From assembly GCA_022614965.1 (NCBI GenBank), contig JAKEHO010000017.1:54280-118279 (forward strand): 64,000 nucleotides of DNA, read 5' to 3'. The notes beneath the pieces were generated by a model, which saw only the letters and a program-made list of their open reading frames with translations, made no database searches and had not been told where the DNA came from. Source of the DNA: Gammaproteobacteria bacterium (GTDB taxonomy: Bacteria; Pseudomonadota; Gammaproteobacteria; JAKEHO01). The translations under genes and the position numbers were made by a program. Shown piece by piece: positions 1 to 9,727 of this stretch (positions are counted from its first letter, which is position 1; each line of letters begins with the position of its first letter).

Positions 1-48
1 TGGGGGATGCTCATCGAGAAGAACAAGGCGTAGCCTTGCCCAGAAACG

Positions 49-1134
49 ATGTCCGAAGACAATAAACTCAACTCGCTGCGCGAGCGCATTGACTTGCTAG
101 ATGCCGAGCTGCTCAAGCTTATCAGTGAACGTGCCAAACTCGCGACTCAGGTGGCCCATGCCAAAGGTGCCGAATCCAGTGCAGGCACTTGTTATCGGCC
201 GGAACGCGAAGCGCAGGTTCTGCACAAGGTTATCGCCAGAAACGTGGGACCACTGTCTGATGAGGAGATGGCTCGACTTTTCAGGGAGATCATGTCTGCC
301 TGTCTTGCCCTGGAACAGCCGTTGCAAATCGCTTTTCTCGGGCCGGAAGGCACCTTCACTCAGACAGCGGCGCTCAAACATTTTGGACACTCGGTGTACA
401 CCAGGGCTTTCGACAACATCGATGAGGTGTTCAGGGAGGTGGAATCGAGTGCGTGCGACTATGGTGTGGTCCCTGTGGAGAATTCGATCGAGGGAGTCGT
501 CAACCATACATTGGATATGTTCATCAACTCGCCGCTCAAGATCTGCGGGGAAGTGGAGCTCAGAATTCATCATCACCTGCTCCGGAATTTGGAACATTTG
601 GAAGACGTTAAGCGCATCTATGCTCATCATCAGTCGCTGGCTCAGTGCCGCAGATGGCTTGATAATCATCTACCCCGAGTTGAACGGATCCCGGTTAACA
701 GCAATGCCGAGGCTGCACGCCGGGCGGTATCGGAAGGGGATGCGGCTGCGATTGCTGGCGAGGCGGCAGCGGAGTATTACAAACTCAAATGTCTTGTTCG
801 TAACATCGAAGATGAGCCCGATAACACCACCCGCTTCCTGGTCATTGGGCGTCAATCTACCCCGCGCAGCGGGAATGACAAAACCTCGCTGCTCTTTTCG
901 GCGCCCAACAGGCCGGGTGTCTTGTATCAGATGCTCGAGGCCTTTGCGAGCAACGGAATCAGCATGACGCGTATCGAGTCGAGACCATCCCGCCGCGGTA
1001 TGTGGGAATATGTCTTTTTCGTGGATATCGAGGGTCACGCGGAGGATCAACAGATTGCCAAGGCGCTCAGCCAGCTCGCAGAGCGCGCCTCTATGGTAAA
1101 GCTCTTGGGCTCCTATCCGCGTGCGGTGCTCTAG
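49..1134 (+). CDS. pheA: Bifunctional chorismate mutase/prephenate dehydratase (P-protein)
   Basis: N-terminal AroQ domain (LRERIDLLDAELLKLISERA, YRPEREAQVL), PDT motifs (FLGPEGTFT, VPVENSIEG, NTTRFLVIG) and ACT domain (MTRIESRPS); first gene of the pheA-hisC-tyrA-aroA-cmk-rpsA cluster. Confidence 0.97.
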   Translation: MSEDNKLNSLRERIDLLDAELLKLISERAKLATQVAHAKGAESSAGTCYRPEREAQVLHKVIARNVGPLSDEEMARLFREIMSACLALEQPLQIAFLGPEGTFTQTAALKHFGHSVYTRAFDNIDEVFREVESSACDYGVVPVENSIEGVVNHTLDMFINSPLKICGEVELRIHHHLLRNLEHLEDVKRIYAHHQSLAQCRRWLDNHLPRVERIPVNSNAEAARRAVSEGDAAAIAGEAAAEYYKLKCLVRNIEDEPDNTTRFLVIGRQSTPRSGNDKTSLLFSAPNRPGVLYQMLEAFASNGISMTRIESRPSRRGMWEYVFFVDIEGHAEDQQIAKALSQLAERASMVKLLGSYPRAVL

Positions 1135-1140
1135 GGGCTG

Positions 1141-2253
1141 ATGGTGTCCTGTGATGTCAATGAGCTCGCGACTCCATGGGTGCGCACTCTTCAGCCCTAT
1201 CAACCTGGGAAATCAATCGAGGCATTGCAACGGGAGTCGGGGCTTAGCAGGGTAGTCAAGCTTGCCTCTAACGAAAACCCGCTGGGCCCGAGTCCGCTTG
1301 CCCTTGAAGCGGTGAGAGCGCAGCTGCCGGTAATTTCTCGCTACCCGGATGGTAACGGGACGGCGTTAAAAGAGGCGTTGGCCAAAAAACTTGGCATCGA
1401 TGTGGATGGAATCACGTTAGGCAATGGTTCGAATGACGTCCTTGAGCTCATCACGCGCGCCTTCGTGACGCCGGCGCATCAAGTGATCTTCTCAGAGCAC
1501 GCCTTCGCCGTTTACCCGATGGTGACGCAGGCAGTCGGGGCCGAAGCGGTTGTTACGCCCGCGCGTGCCCTCGGTCACGATCTTGCCGCGATGGAAGCGG
1601 CACTCAGTGATCGGACGCGGCTTGTTTTCATTGCGAATCCAAACAATCCTACAGGTACGTGGTTGCAAGGAAGCGCATTGAAAGCATTTATCGAGGCCCT
1701 GCCCCGGGAGGTTTTGATCGTTGTTGACGAGGCCTACTGCGACTATGTCGATGTAGTTGGCTATCCACGCTGCGCCTCGTGGGTAGAGCGTAACCCGAAC
1801 CTGATTGTCACGCGCACCTTTTCCAAGGCCTATGGTCTTGCAGGTCTTAGGGTCGGCTATGCGCTATCACACCCCGTCGTCGCTGAGCTATTGAACCGTG
1901 TGCGCCAACCTTTCAATGTCAATAGCCTTGCGCTCGCTGCGGCGCAAGTCGCCCTCGATGATGAAGCCCACATAAGGCAGAGCATCGCGCTAAACAGGGC
2001 CGGCATGGTGCAGCTGACCGAAGGCATTGGGCGTCTTGATCTGGACTATACGCCCTCGGTGGCCAATTTTCTTTGTGTTGACTTCAAGAGGCCCGCGAGT
2101 CCGATCTACGAAGCCCTGTTGCGTCACGGTGTGATTGTGCGCCCCGTTGACAACTACGGCTTGGAGAATCATCTGCGCGTGACCGTCGGACAGGGGCACG
2201 AGAATGCCCAGTTCCTGGCGGCGCTGAAACGAGTCCTTGGGCTAACGCAATGA
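1141..2253 (+). CDS. hisC: Histidinol-phosphate/aromatic aminotransferase
   Basis: KLASNENPLGPSP, GNGSNDVL, IANPNNPTGT, DEAY and PLP-lysine motif RTFSKAYGLAGLRVGY. Confidence 0.95.
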   Translation: MVSCDVNELATPWVRTLQPYQPGKSIEALQRESGLSRVVKLASNENPLGPSPLALEAVRAQLPVISRYPDGNGTALKEALAKKLGIDVDGITLGNGSNDVLELITRAFVTPAHQVIFSEHAFAVYPMVTQAVGAEAVVTPARALGHDLAAMEAALSDRTRLVFIANPNNPTGTWLQGSALKAFIEALPREVLIVVDEAYCDYVDVVGYPRCASWVERNPNLIVTRTFSKAYGLAGLRVGYALSHPVVAELLNRVRQPFNVNSLALAAAQVALDDEAHIRQSIALNRAGMVQLTEGIGRLDLDYTPSVANFLCVDFKRPASPIYEALLRHGVIVRPVDNYGLENHLRVTVGQGHENAQFLAALKRVLGLTQ

Positions 2254-2313
2254 GCAGAGCCGCGAACTTGATGGGGGAGGCGCTATGAGGGTCGAGACGG
2301 CGCCAGTTTTCCT

Positions 2314-3255
2314 ATGGAGGGGGGTTGTGCTGTCGTGGCGTTGATCGGTCGGCTCGCGATCATTGGTGTCGGACTCATCGGAGGTTCCTTGGCGCGTGCC
2401 CTGAAACGTGCGCGTGCCTGCGAACACGTGATCGGCTGCGCCCGGAACCAGGAAGGGCTGAAGAAGGCGATGGCGCTCGGCGTCATCGACGAGTTCGCCA
2501 TGGACGTGGGTAGCGCCACTGAAGGCGCAGATATGGTGGTTGTCGCCACACCCCTTGGCACAACCGAGGCTATCCTGAAGTCCATGGCAGGCCATCTCCA
2601 CGCCGATGCCCTCGTAACGGATGTCGGCAGCGCCAAGGCCACTGTCGCCGCTGCCGCCCGCAAGTCCCTGGACCGGCATCTTGCGCTGTTTGTCCCTGGG
2701 CACCCGGTGGCCGGCACGGAAAAGAGCGGGGTCGAGGCATCCTTCGCCGAATTATTTGAGGGGCACCGTGTGATCCTGACGCCGCTCCTTGAAACGGACC
2801 CCAAGGCCGTTCAACGGGTTCAGAAGATGTGGGAGAAGACAGGAGCCGAGGTCATCATGATGGACGTTGAACGCCATGACAAGCTCCTGGCTGCGACCAG
2901 CCATCTTCCGCATACGTTGGCCTATTCGCTTGTGGATTGCTTGGCACAGATGGACGAACGAGCGGACATCTTTCGCTTCGCGGCAGGAGGCTTTGCTGAC
3001 TTTACCCGGATCGCCTCAAGTAGCCCAAGCATGTGGCACGATATCTGTTTAGCGAACCGCGACAACCTCCTTGAGGTAATCGAGCAGTTCTCTCACCGCC
3101 TCGAGGAACTGAAAGATGCGCTCCGTGAAGCGGACAGTAACGCCCTGATGGAGATGCTCACGCGTGCCAAAGCCGCGCGGGATGTCTACGCGGCTAACTG
3201 CAATTCACAACGCGCACCGGGGAAAACGGGACCCGCTGTCGGGCCCAAGTCGTGA
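2314..3255 (+). CDS. tyrA: Prephenate/cyclohexadienyl dehydrogenase
   Basis: Rossmann GVGLIGGS, TDVGSAK, GHPVAGTEKSG, HD..LAATSHLPH, GFADFTRIASS; true start may be GTG at 2335. Confidence 0.93.
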   Translation: MEGGCAVVALIGRLAIIGVGLIGGSLARALKRARACEHVIGCARNQEGLKKAMALGVIDEFAMDVGSATEGADMVVVATPLGTTEAILKSMAGHLHADALVTDVGSAKATVAAAARKSLDRHLALFVPGHPVAGTEKSGVEASFAELFEGHRVILTPLLETDPKAVQRVQKMWEKTGAEVIMMDVERHDKLLAATSHLPHTLAYSLVDCLAQMDERADIFRFAAGGFADFTRIASSSPSMWHDICLANRDNLLEVIEQFSHRLEELKDALREADSNALMEMLTRAKAARDVYAANCNSQRAPGKTGPAVGPKS

Positions 3256-4587
3256 ATGGATTGGCCGGGCTCCATTGCCTTTCAGGTTGCGCCCAGTGGG
3301 CCACTTCACGGGCGCATTCGTGTGCCTGGCGACAAGTCCATCTCCCATCGCAGCCTGATCCTAGGGGCGCTTGCCGAGGGAGTCACGGAGGTTCGCGGCT
3401 TTCTCGAAGGCGAAGATACGCTGGCGACCATGGCGGCGCTTTCCGCCATGGGGGTGAAATTCGAACGGCAGGACGCCGGGCAGATCGTGATTCATGGTGT
3501 GGGGCTGCATGGATTCTCGGCCCCCAAAGGGCCGCTTTACCTGGGTAACTCGGGGACCTCCGCGCGTCTCTTCGCCGGAGTGCTTGCAGGCCAGCCATTT
3601 GATTCCGAGCTAACGGGCGATGCCTCGTTGTCGCGAAGGCCGATGCAACGTGTGCTGGAACCGCTCTCACGCATGGGCGCGAGGCTCACCTTAAGCGAGC
3701 GGGGCACCTTGCCTCTGCATATTCGCGGGCAAAAAGGACTTCTGGGTGTCGATTATCAAATGCCTGTCGCCAGCGCCCAAGTCAAGTCCTGCGTCCTGTT
3801 GGCCGGCCTCTATGCCAAAGGTTGGACCTGTGTTACCGAGCCGGCGGTGACCCGAGATCATACCGAGCGGCTTCTGCTCAGGTTCGGCTATCCCCTAACG
3901 CGCGAAGAGAGGCGGATCTGCGTGGAGGGGGGCAGGCGGCTCGCTGCCACAGAGATCGATGTGCCTGCCGATATCTCATCAGCGGCCTTCTTCATGGTCG
4001 GTGCGGCGGTCGTGGAGGGATCCGATATCCTGCTGGAAGAGGTCGGAATCAACCCCACACGAACGGCGGTGATTGAGGTGCTTAGGGAGATGGATGCGGA
4101 TATCACTGTGCACAATCAGCGCACCCTCTCGGGGGAGCCGGTAGCCGACATTCAGGTGCGTGCGCGCCCTCTACACGGGATACCGATCGCTGCGTCACAA
4201 GTGTCGCGGGCGATCGATGAGTTCCCCGCGATCTTCATTGCCGCCGCGTGCGCCCGAGGGCAAACCGTGGTGAGGGGGGCAGCGGAACTGCGTGTCAAAG
4301 AGAGTGACCGGATTGAGGCGATGGCAACGGGCCTAAAGGCCTTGGGGGCGGATGCCGAACCCACAGAGGATGGAATCATCATCAACGGCGGCCATCTGCA
4401 CGGTGGATCCGTCGACAGTTGCGGCGATCATCGCATCGCGATGGCATTTGCCATTGCCGGGATGGCTGCCTCAGCACCGATCCGAGTCCAAAATTGTGCC
4501 AGTGTCGAAACTTCGTTTCCCAAATTTGCAGAGCTCGCACGACGCGCGGGGCTTGATATCGTCATAACGGGGACAGGACGTGGATGA
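3256..4587 (+). CDS. aroA: 3-phosphoshikimate 1-carboxyvinyltransferase (EPSP synthase, class II type)
   Basis: PGDKSISHR, LGNSGTSAR, ASAQVKS, ELRVKESDRI, GDHRIAMAF. Confidence 0.97.
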   Translation: MDWPGSIAFQVAPSGPLHGRIRVPGDKSISHRSLILGALAEGVTEVRGFLEGEDTLATMAALSAMGVKFERQDAGQIVIHGVGLHGFSAPKGPLYLGNSGTSARLFAGVLAGQPFDSELTGDASLSRRPMQRVLEPLSRMGARLTLSERGTLPLHIRGQKGLLGVDYQMPVASAQVKSCVLLAGLYAKGWTCVTEPAVTRDHTERLLLRFGYPLTREERRICVEGGRRLAATEIDVPADISSAAFFMVGAAVVEGSDILLEEVGINPTRTAVIEVLREMDADITVHNQRTLSGEPVADIQVRARPLHGIPIAASQVSRAIDEFPAIFIAAACARGQTVVRGAAELRVKESDRIEAMATGLKALGADAEPTEDGIIINGGHLHGGSVDSCGDHRIAMAFAIAGMAASAPIRVQNCASVETSFPKFAELARRAGLDIVITGTGRG

Positions 4588-5281
4588 ACCGCATGTTCCT
4601 GTCATCGCCGTCGACGGACCGAGCGGTACGGGCAAGGGAACCTTGTGTCGCCATCTGGCGACTTGGTTACATTGGCACATTCTGGACAGTGGAGCGCTGT
4701 ATCGTGCCCTGGCCATTGCCTCAGCCAACCGTCGCATTCCCCTCGATGACGATCGTCGATTGGCGGAACTCGCGGCGGACTTGGATGTGAGCTTCCCGGG
4801 CTACACGGACGAAGGTGAGGTGTCGGTCATCCTTGCGGGGGATGATGTGAGTCAGCGTATCCGCAGCGAGACCTGTGCCCGGAATGCCTCGCGCATCGCG
4901 GCGTACCCTTCGGTTCGCAGCGCGCTGCTTGCAAGACAGAGGGCCTATCGCGAGCCTCCCGGGCTCGTCGTTGACGGCCGGGACATGGGAACCGTGGTTT
5001 TCCCTGACGCCGAGGTCAAAGTTTTTCTCATCGCAAGCCAAGAGGAACGTGCGGCCAGGCGTCATAAACAGTTGAAACAAAAAGGAATCGATGTTAACCT
5101 CGGTCAGCTTTTGGCGGCGATAGCCGAACGCGATGCGCGGGATAGTCAGCGTACTGCCTCCCCCCTAAAGCCGGCGCCTGATGCCATCGTTTTCGATACG
5201 ACTGACGTCGATATCGCCGTGATGGTCGGGCATGTTGCAGGGTTAGTACGTGAGCGTCTCCCGGGCGCCGCTCTGCCGTAA
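4580..5281 (+). CDS. cmk: Cytidylate kinase
   Basis: DGPSGTGKGT, LDSGALYRA, DGRDMGTVVFPDA; lies between aroA and rpsA. Confidence 0.97.
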   Translation: MDEPHVPVIAVDGPSGTGKGTLCRHLATWLHWHILDSGALYRALAIASANRRIPLDDDRRLAELAADLDVSFPGYTDEGEVSVILAGDDVSQRIRSETCARNASRIAAYPSVRSALLARQRAYREPPGLVVDGRDMGTVVFPDAEVKVFLIASQEERAARRHKQLKQKGIDVNLGQLLAAIAERDARDSQRTASPLKPAPDAIVFDTTDVDIAVMVGHVAGLVRERLPGAALP

Positions 5282-5341
5282 CACCCCACCGTTCGCGGCC
5301 AAGCGCTCTTATACGTTTACGTTTTATGAGATAGATAAATC

Positions 5342-7012
5342 ATGATGGAACGCTTTGCGGAGTTATTTGAACAGAGCCAAATCGAACAGCGAATGCGCCC
5401 TGGCACCATCGTCACCGGCACAGTGGTAGAGGTAGGCCAGGATCTTGTGGTCGTCAACGCTGGCCTAAAGTCCGAAGGCTTTATACCAATCGAGCAATTC
5501 TATAATGACAGCGGCGAGCTGGAGGTCGCTGTCGGTGACAAGGTGGATGTCGCTCTCGATGCGGTCGAAGATGGTTTTGGCGAAACCCGCCTGTCTCGGG
5601 ACAAGGCAAAACGCTTGTTAGCCTGGAAGCAGTTGGAGGACGCCTACGAGGCCGGGCACACGGTAACTGGCATCATCACCGAGAAGGTAAGAGGTGGCTT
5701 CACCGTGGATATCGATAAGGTTCGCGCCTTTCTGCCGGGTTCCCTGGTTGATGTGCGGCCTGTGCGTGATACCAGTTATCTCGAAGGTAAGCCTTTAGAG
5801 TTCAAGGTGATTAAGATCGACCGCCGCCGCAATAATGTGGTGGTATCCCGACGCGCGGTGGTCGAAAGCGAGACCAGCGCCGAGCGTGAAGCATTGCTTG
5901 AGCGGCTCAAGGAGGGTGTGGTAGTCAAGGGTGTGGTTAAGAACCTCACCGATTATGGGGCTTTTCTCGATCTTGGCGGTATTGACGGTTTGTTACATAT
6001 TACCGATATGGCATGGAAACGTGTGAAGCACCCCAGTGAAATCGTCAACATTGGTGACGAGATCGAAGTGAAGGTACTCAAATTCGACCGGGAGCGAAAC
6101 CGCGTATCACTGGGCTTGAAACAAATGGGTGAAGATCCATGGATGGATCTTGCGCGCCGCTATCCAGAGGGGATCCGCTTGGTTGGCAAGGTGACCAACC
6201 TTGCAGATTATGGCTGTTTTGTCGAGATTGAAGAGGGTGTCGAGGGCCTAGTTCATGTGTCGGAAATGGACTGGACCAATAAGAATGTGCATCCCTCGAA
6301 ACTTGTGCATATTGGACAAGAAGTCGAGGTCATGGTGTTGGATATTGATGAGGAAAGGCGGCGAATTTCCTTGGGAATGAAGCAATGTCAGCCGAACCCC
6401 TGGGAAGCGTTTGCAAGTGTTTATAATAAGGGCGATCGAGTCAAGGGCACGATCAAATCCATCACCGATTTTGGAATATTCATTGGTCTTGAGGGCGGTA
6501 TCGATGGGCTGGTGCATCTGTCGGACATCTCATGGAGCGTCCCAGGTGAGGCGGCAATCCATAAATACAGGAAAGGTGAAGAGGTCGAGGCAGTGGTCCT
6601 TGCTGCTGACGCTGAGCGGGAGCGCATTTCGCTAGGAATCAAGCAACTGGAGAAAGACCCGTTCTCGAGTTATGTAGCGGAGCATCCCAAAGGCACCCTA
6701 GTCAAGGGGACCGTCGAAAAGGTCGATCCGAAGGGTGCGATCGTGCGACTGGCCGATGGTGTCGAAGGGCAATTGCGCGTTACTGAGCTTTCAAAGGATC
6801 GCAAGGTCGAGGATGCGGCGGCTGTTTTGAAAGCGAATGATGAGGTTGAAGCCAAGATCGTCGGCCTTGACCGCAAACAGCGAATCATCACGTTGTCTGT
6901 CAAGGCCAAGGAAACGGATGAAGAGGCGGCGGCGGTTCAGGAGTATGGTAGTGATGCCGCCGGATCGGCAAAATTGGGAGACATACTTAAAGAGCAACTG
7001 GATGGCAAGTAA
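5342..7012 (+). CDS. rpsA: 30S ribosomal protein S1
   Basis: Six S1 repeats ([41 protein letters not shown]); 556 aa. Confidence 0.99.
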   Translation: MMERFAELFEQSQIEQRMRPGTIVTGTVVEVGQDLVVVNAGLKSEGFIPIEQFYNDSGELEVAVGDKVDVALDAVEDGFGETRLSRDKAKRLLAWKQLEDAYEAGHTVTGIITEKVRGGFTVDIDKVRAFLPGSLVDVRPVRDTSYLEGKPLEFKVIKIDRRRNNVVVSRRAVVESETSAEREALLERLKEGVVVKGVVKNLTDYGAFLDLGGIDGLLHITDMAWKRVKHPSEIVNIGDEIEVKVLKFDRERNRVSLGLKQMGEDPWMDLARRYPEGIRLVGKVTNLADYGCFVEIEEGVEGLVHVSEMDWTNKNVHPSKLVHIGQEVEVMVLDIDEERRRISLGMKQCQPNPWEAFASVYNKGDRVKGTIKSITDFGIFIGLEGGIDGLVHLSDISWSVPGEAAIHKYRKGEEVEAVVLAADAERERISLGIKQLEKDPFSSYVAEHPKGTLVKGTVEKVDPKGAIVRLADGVEGQLRVTELSKDRKVEDAAAVLKANDEVEAKIVGLDRKQRIITLSVKAKETDEEAAAVQEYGSDAAGSAKLGDILKEQLDGK

Positions 7013-7346
7013 AGTGGGCATCGAGAAACAACACATAACGAAGTCAGATCTAATTGAATCGCTTGTGCGAAAACAGTCCCAGCTCGCTTATAAGGATGTC
7101 GAATTGGCCGTGAAGACTATTCTCGAACACATGGCTTATACGCTGTCCAATGGTTGGAGGATAGAGATCCGCGGATTTGGCAGCTTTGCGCTTCACTTCC
7201 GGCCGCCCCGTGTGGGTCGAAATCCTAAATCGGGTGAACCTGTGTCGCTCCCGGCGAAATATGTCCCTCACTTTAAACCCGGCAAGCATCTGCGCGAGCG
7301 CGTCGATCATCGCTCAGCGAAACGCGTGACGCCCATTACGAGCTGA
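7002..7346 (+). CDS. ihfB: Integration host factor subunit beta
   Basis: TKSDLIE...[10 protein letters not shown]...[27 protein letters not shown], downstream of rpsA. The start is either ATG 7002 or the ATA at 7035, where the usual Met falls. Confidence 0.95.
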   Translation: MASKVGIEKQHITKSDLIESLVRKQSQLAYKDVELAVKTILEHMAYTLSNGWRIEIRGFGSFALHFRPPRVGRNPKSGEPVSLPAKYVPHFKPGKHLRERVDHRSAKRVTPITS

Positions 7347-7553
7347 CCAAAGAGGCATCCGCCGTGGAGACGGCCGCCGCGGCTTGACCACGCCATTTTG
7401 CGGTGTTGTCTTCATACCGTTCCCTGTTTATCGTAAGGCCTGCGTGTTGCCTCTAACGCCTGTGGACGCCGTGATTCTGCCGATGCCTTCGGGGCCTGAC
7501 AGCCGAAAACCAAACTCAAGACCCTGCATTGGGCATTGGTGCGAGGAGGTTTT

Positions 7554-7847
7554 ATGTCACGTATCTTGAAGGTAATCTTTTTCTTATTCGTACTGATCCT
7601 CGGTCTAGCATTTCACGTCAAAAATGACCAATTGGTGAACCTCAACTACTATATGGGCAGTATACACCTCCCTGTTTCATTGTTGGTTATGTCAAGTTTA
7701 TTGGTTGGCGCGCTGCTTGGAATCTTCGCGAGTCTCGCTTTTATCGCAAAGTTGAAACGTGAAAACGCAAAATTGGCGAGGCTCATCCGGCTCACAGAAG
7801 AGGAAGTCAATAACCTTAGGGCGATCCCGATCAAGGATGTTCCTTAA
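7554..7847 (+). CDS. lapA: Lipopolysaccharide assembly protein A (LapA family)
   Basis: Two hydrophobic segments, NDQLVNLNYY and a C-terminal coiled coil; strong SD GAGGAGG before ATG 7554; ihfB-lapA-lapB-pyrF synteny. Confidence 0.88.
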   Translation: MSRILKVIFFLFVLILGLAFHVKNDQLVNLNYYMGSIHLPVSLLVMSSLLVGALLGIFASLAFIAKLKRENAKLARLIRLTEEEVNNLRAIPIKDVP

Positions 7848-9018
7848 TTATTCGCAACTCGTTTGGTTTCTGCTACCGATTGCGGCGGCGTCAGGCTGGT
7901 GGCTCGCACGACGCAATGCACGGACAGCAAAGGCAAACACTGGCCGTCCGCGAATTTCACCGGACTACTTCAAGGGGCTTAACTATTTATTAAATGAGCA
8001 GCCTGACAAGGCTATCGAAGTTTTTATCAAGATGCTCGACGTGGATAGTGAAACGGTGGAGACTCACCTCGCTTTGGGCAACTTGTTTAGGCGGCGTGGC
8101 GAAGTCGATCGTGCAATACGTATACATCAGAATCTGATTGCTCGGCCTACGTTGAACGGTGAGCAGCGTTGCCTCGCGCTGCTCGAATTAGGGATGGATT
8201 ACATGCGCTCGGGCCTCTTGGATCGTGCAGAAAGCCTCTTTCAGGAACTCATCCAAACCAGATCCTATACTGTCCAAGCGTTAACCCAATTGCTGGAAAT
8301 CTACCAGCAAGAAAAAGATTGGGACAAAGCGATTGATACAGCACGCCGGCTTGAATCGAGTTCCGGCGAACGTTTGGTCCCGATAATCGCTCAGTTTTAC
8401 TGTGAGAAAGCGGAGGAGCTTAGGCAAGGAGGACAGGAAGGACAGGCGAGCGATATGGTGCGTCGCGCCTTGAGTGTCGACGCGCACTGCGTGCGCGCAA
8501 GCTTACTCGATGCTGAGCTTGCCGTTAAGGCGGGAAAGCCAAAACTGGCGATCCGCGCCTATAAGCGGATCGAAAAACAAGATCCGGATTTTTTGCCAGA
8601 GGCTATTTATCCCCTTGTCGATTGCTTTCGGGAACTGGGCAAACTCGATGAGCTCATGGTCTACCTTGAGTCCATCGTAGTAAAGCACGGTGGAATCACC
8701 CCAACGCTCGCACTCGCTGAGTTAATTGCTGAACGACACGGCGAAGGTCAAGCTATTGCGTTCATTACAGATGAACTCAGACGGCGTCCGTCGGTCCGCG
8801 GTGTGAACCGGTTGATCAAGTATGCCCTGGCCCACGCAGAAGGTGCCACCAGGGACAATCTGCTTATGATCAAAGATCTGACCGGCAAACTACTCGAGAG
8901 CAAGGCAACATACAAGTGCAACCATTGTGGCTTTGCAGGGAAGTCACTTCATTGGCAATGCCCGAGTTGCAAATATTGGAATTCTGCCAAACCTATCCAC
9001 GGCGTCGAAGGTGAATGA
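7837..9018 (+). CDS. lapB: Lipopolysaccharide assembly protein B
   Basis: N-terminal TM, YFKGLNYLLNEQPDKAI, TPR repeats (LGNLFRRRGEVDRAIRIHQNL) and C-terminal rubredoxin CNHCGF...WQCPSC. Confidence 0.97.
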   Translation: MFLNYSQLVWFLLPIAAASGWWLARRNARTAKANTGRPRISPDYFKGLNYLLNEQPDKAIEVFIKMLDVDSETVETHLALGNLFRRRGEVDRAIRIHQNLIARPTLNGEQRCLALLELGMDYMRSGLLDRAESLFQELIQTRSYTVQALTQLLEIYQQEKDWDKAIDTARRLESSSGERLVPIIAQFYCEKAEELRQGGQEGQASDMVRRALSVDAHCVRASLLDAELAVKAGKPKLAIRAYKRIEKQDPDFLPEAIYPLVDCFRELGKLDELMVYLESIVVKHGGITPTLALAELIAERHGEGQAIAFITDELRRRPSVRGVNRLIKYALAHAEGATRDNLLMIKDLTGKLLESKATYKCNHCGFAGKSLHWQCPSCKYWNSAKPIHGVEGE

Positions 9019-9727
9019 GCCACGCATCATTGTGGCGTTGGATTACGGTGATCCAGCCCAGGCGTTGAAATTGGCCAAACAGTTGGATCCCATGCGCTGC
9101 AAGCTAAAAGTGGGTGGAGAAGTATTCACACGCTCGGGGCCCGCGTTTGTAGAGCAGTGTGTGAAGATGGAATTTGATGTGTTTTTGGATCTCAAATTCC
9201 ATGACATCCCTACTACGGTGGCTGAGGCCTGTGCGGCAGCGGCTGACCTCGGAGTATGGATGGTCAATGTCCATGCGATGGGTGGAACGAACATGATGAG
9301 GGCAGCACGTGAATCGATTGATCGGCATCATCATCACCCTTTGCTTGTTGCGGTGACCGTATTAACAAGCTTGTCTGACACTGAGCTTGTGAATATCGGG
9401 ATCGAGGCAAATTCGCTTGAGGAGACCATTCGGCTCGCAGAGCTTGCGAATGATGCAGGGATGGACGGCGTGGTATGCTCCCCGCGCGACGTCGCCGAGC
9501 TCAGACGACGCACAGATCCAGGATTTTGCCTGGTCACACCGGGTATCCGACCGGCAGGAGCCGAATTGAATGATCAAAAGCGATTCGCAACGCCCGCTGA
9601 TGCACTTAGATGCGGTGCCAACTACCTCGTGATCGGACGGCCGATCACCCGTGCTCACGATCCGTTGCAAGCGTTGCATAAAATTGAAACAGAGATCAAC
9701 GTTGAGGCCCCATGTGCTTTTGAGTAA
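9011..9727 (+). CDS. pyrF: Orotidine-5'-phosphate decarboxylase
   Basis: IIVALD, FLDLKFHDIPTTV, VTPGIRP, LVIGRPIT; GTG start overlaps the lapB end. Confidence 0.97.
   Translation: MNEPRIIVALDYGDPAQALKLAKQLDPMRCKLKVGGEVFTRSGPAFVEQCVKMEFDVFLDLKFHDIPTTVAEACAAAADLGVWMVNVHAMGGTNMMRAARESIDRHHHHPLLVAVTVLTSLSDTELVNIGIEANSLEETIRLAELANDAGMDGVVCSPRDVAELRRRTDPGFCLVTPGIRPAGAELNDQKRFATPADALRCGANYLVIGRPITRAHDPLQALHKIETEINVEAPCAFE

Noticed and set aside
1..33. End of an upstream CDS (WGMLIEKNKA* in frame 1)
   Set aside because: Too short to identify or to fix the frame.
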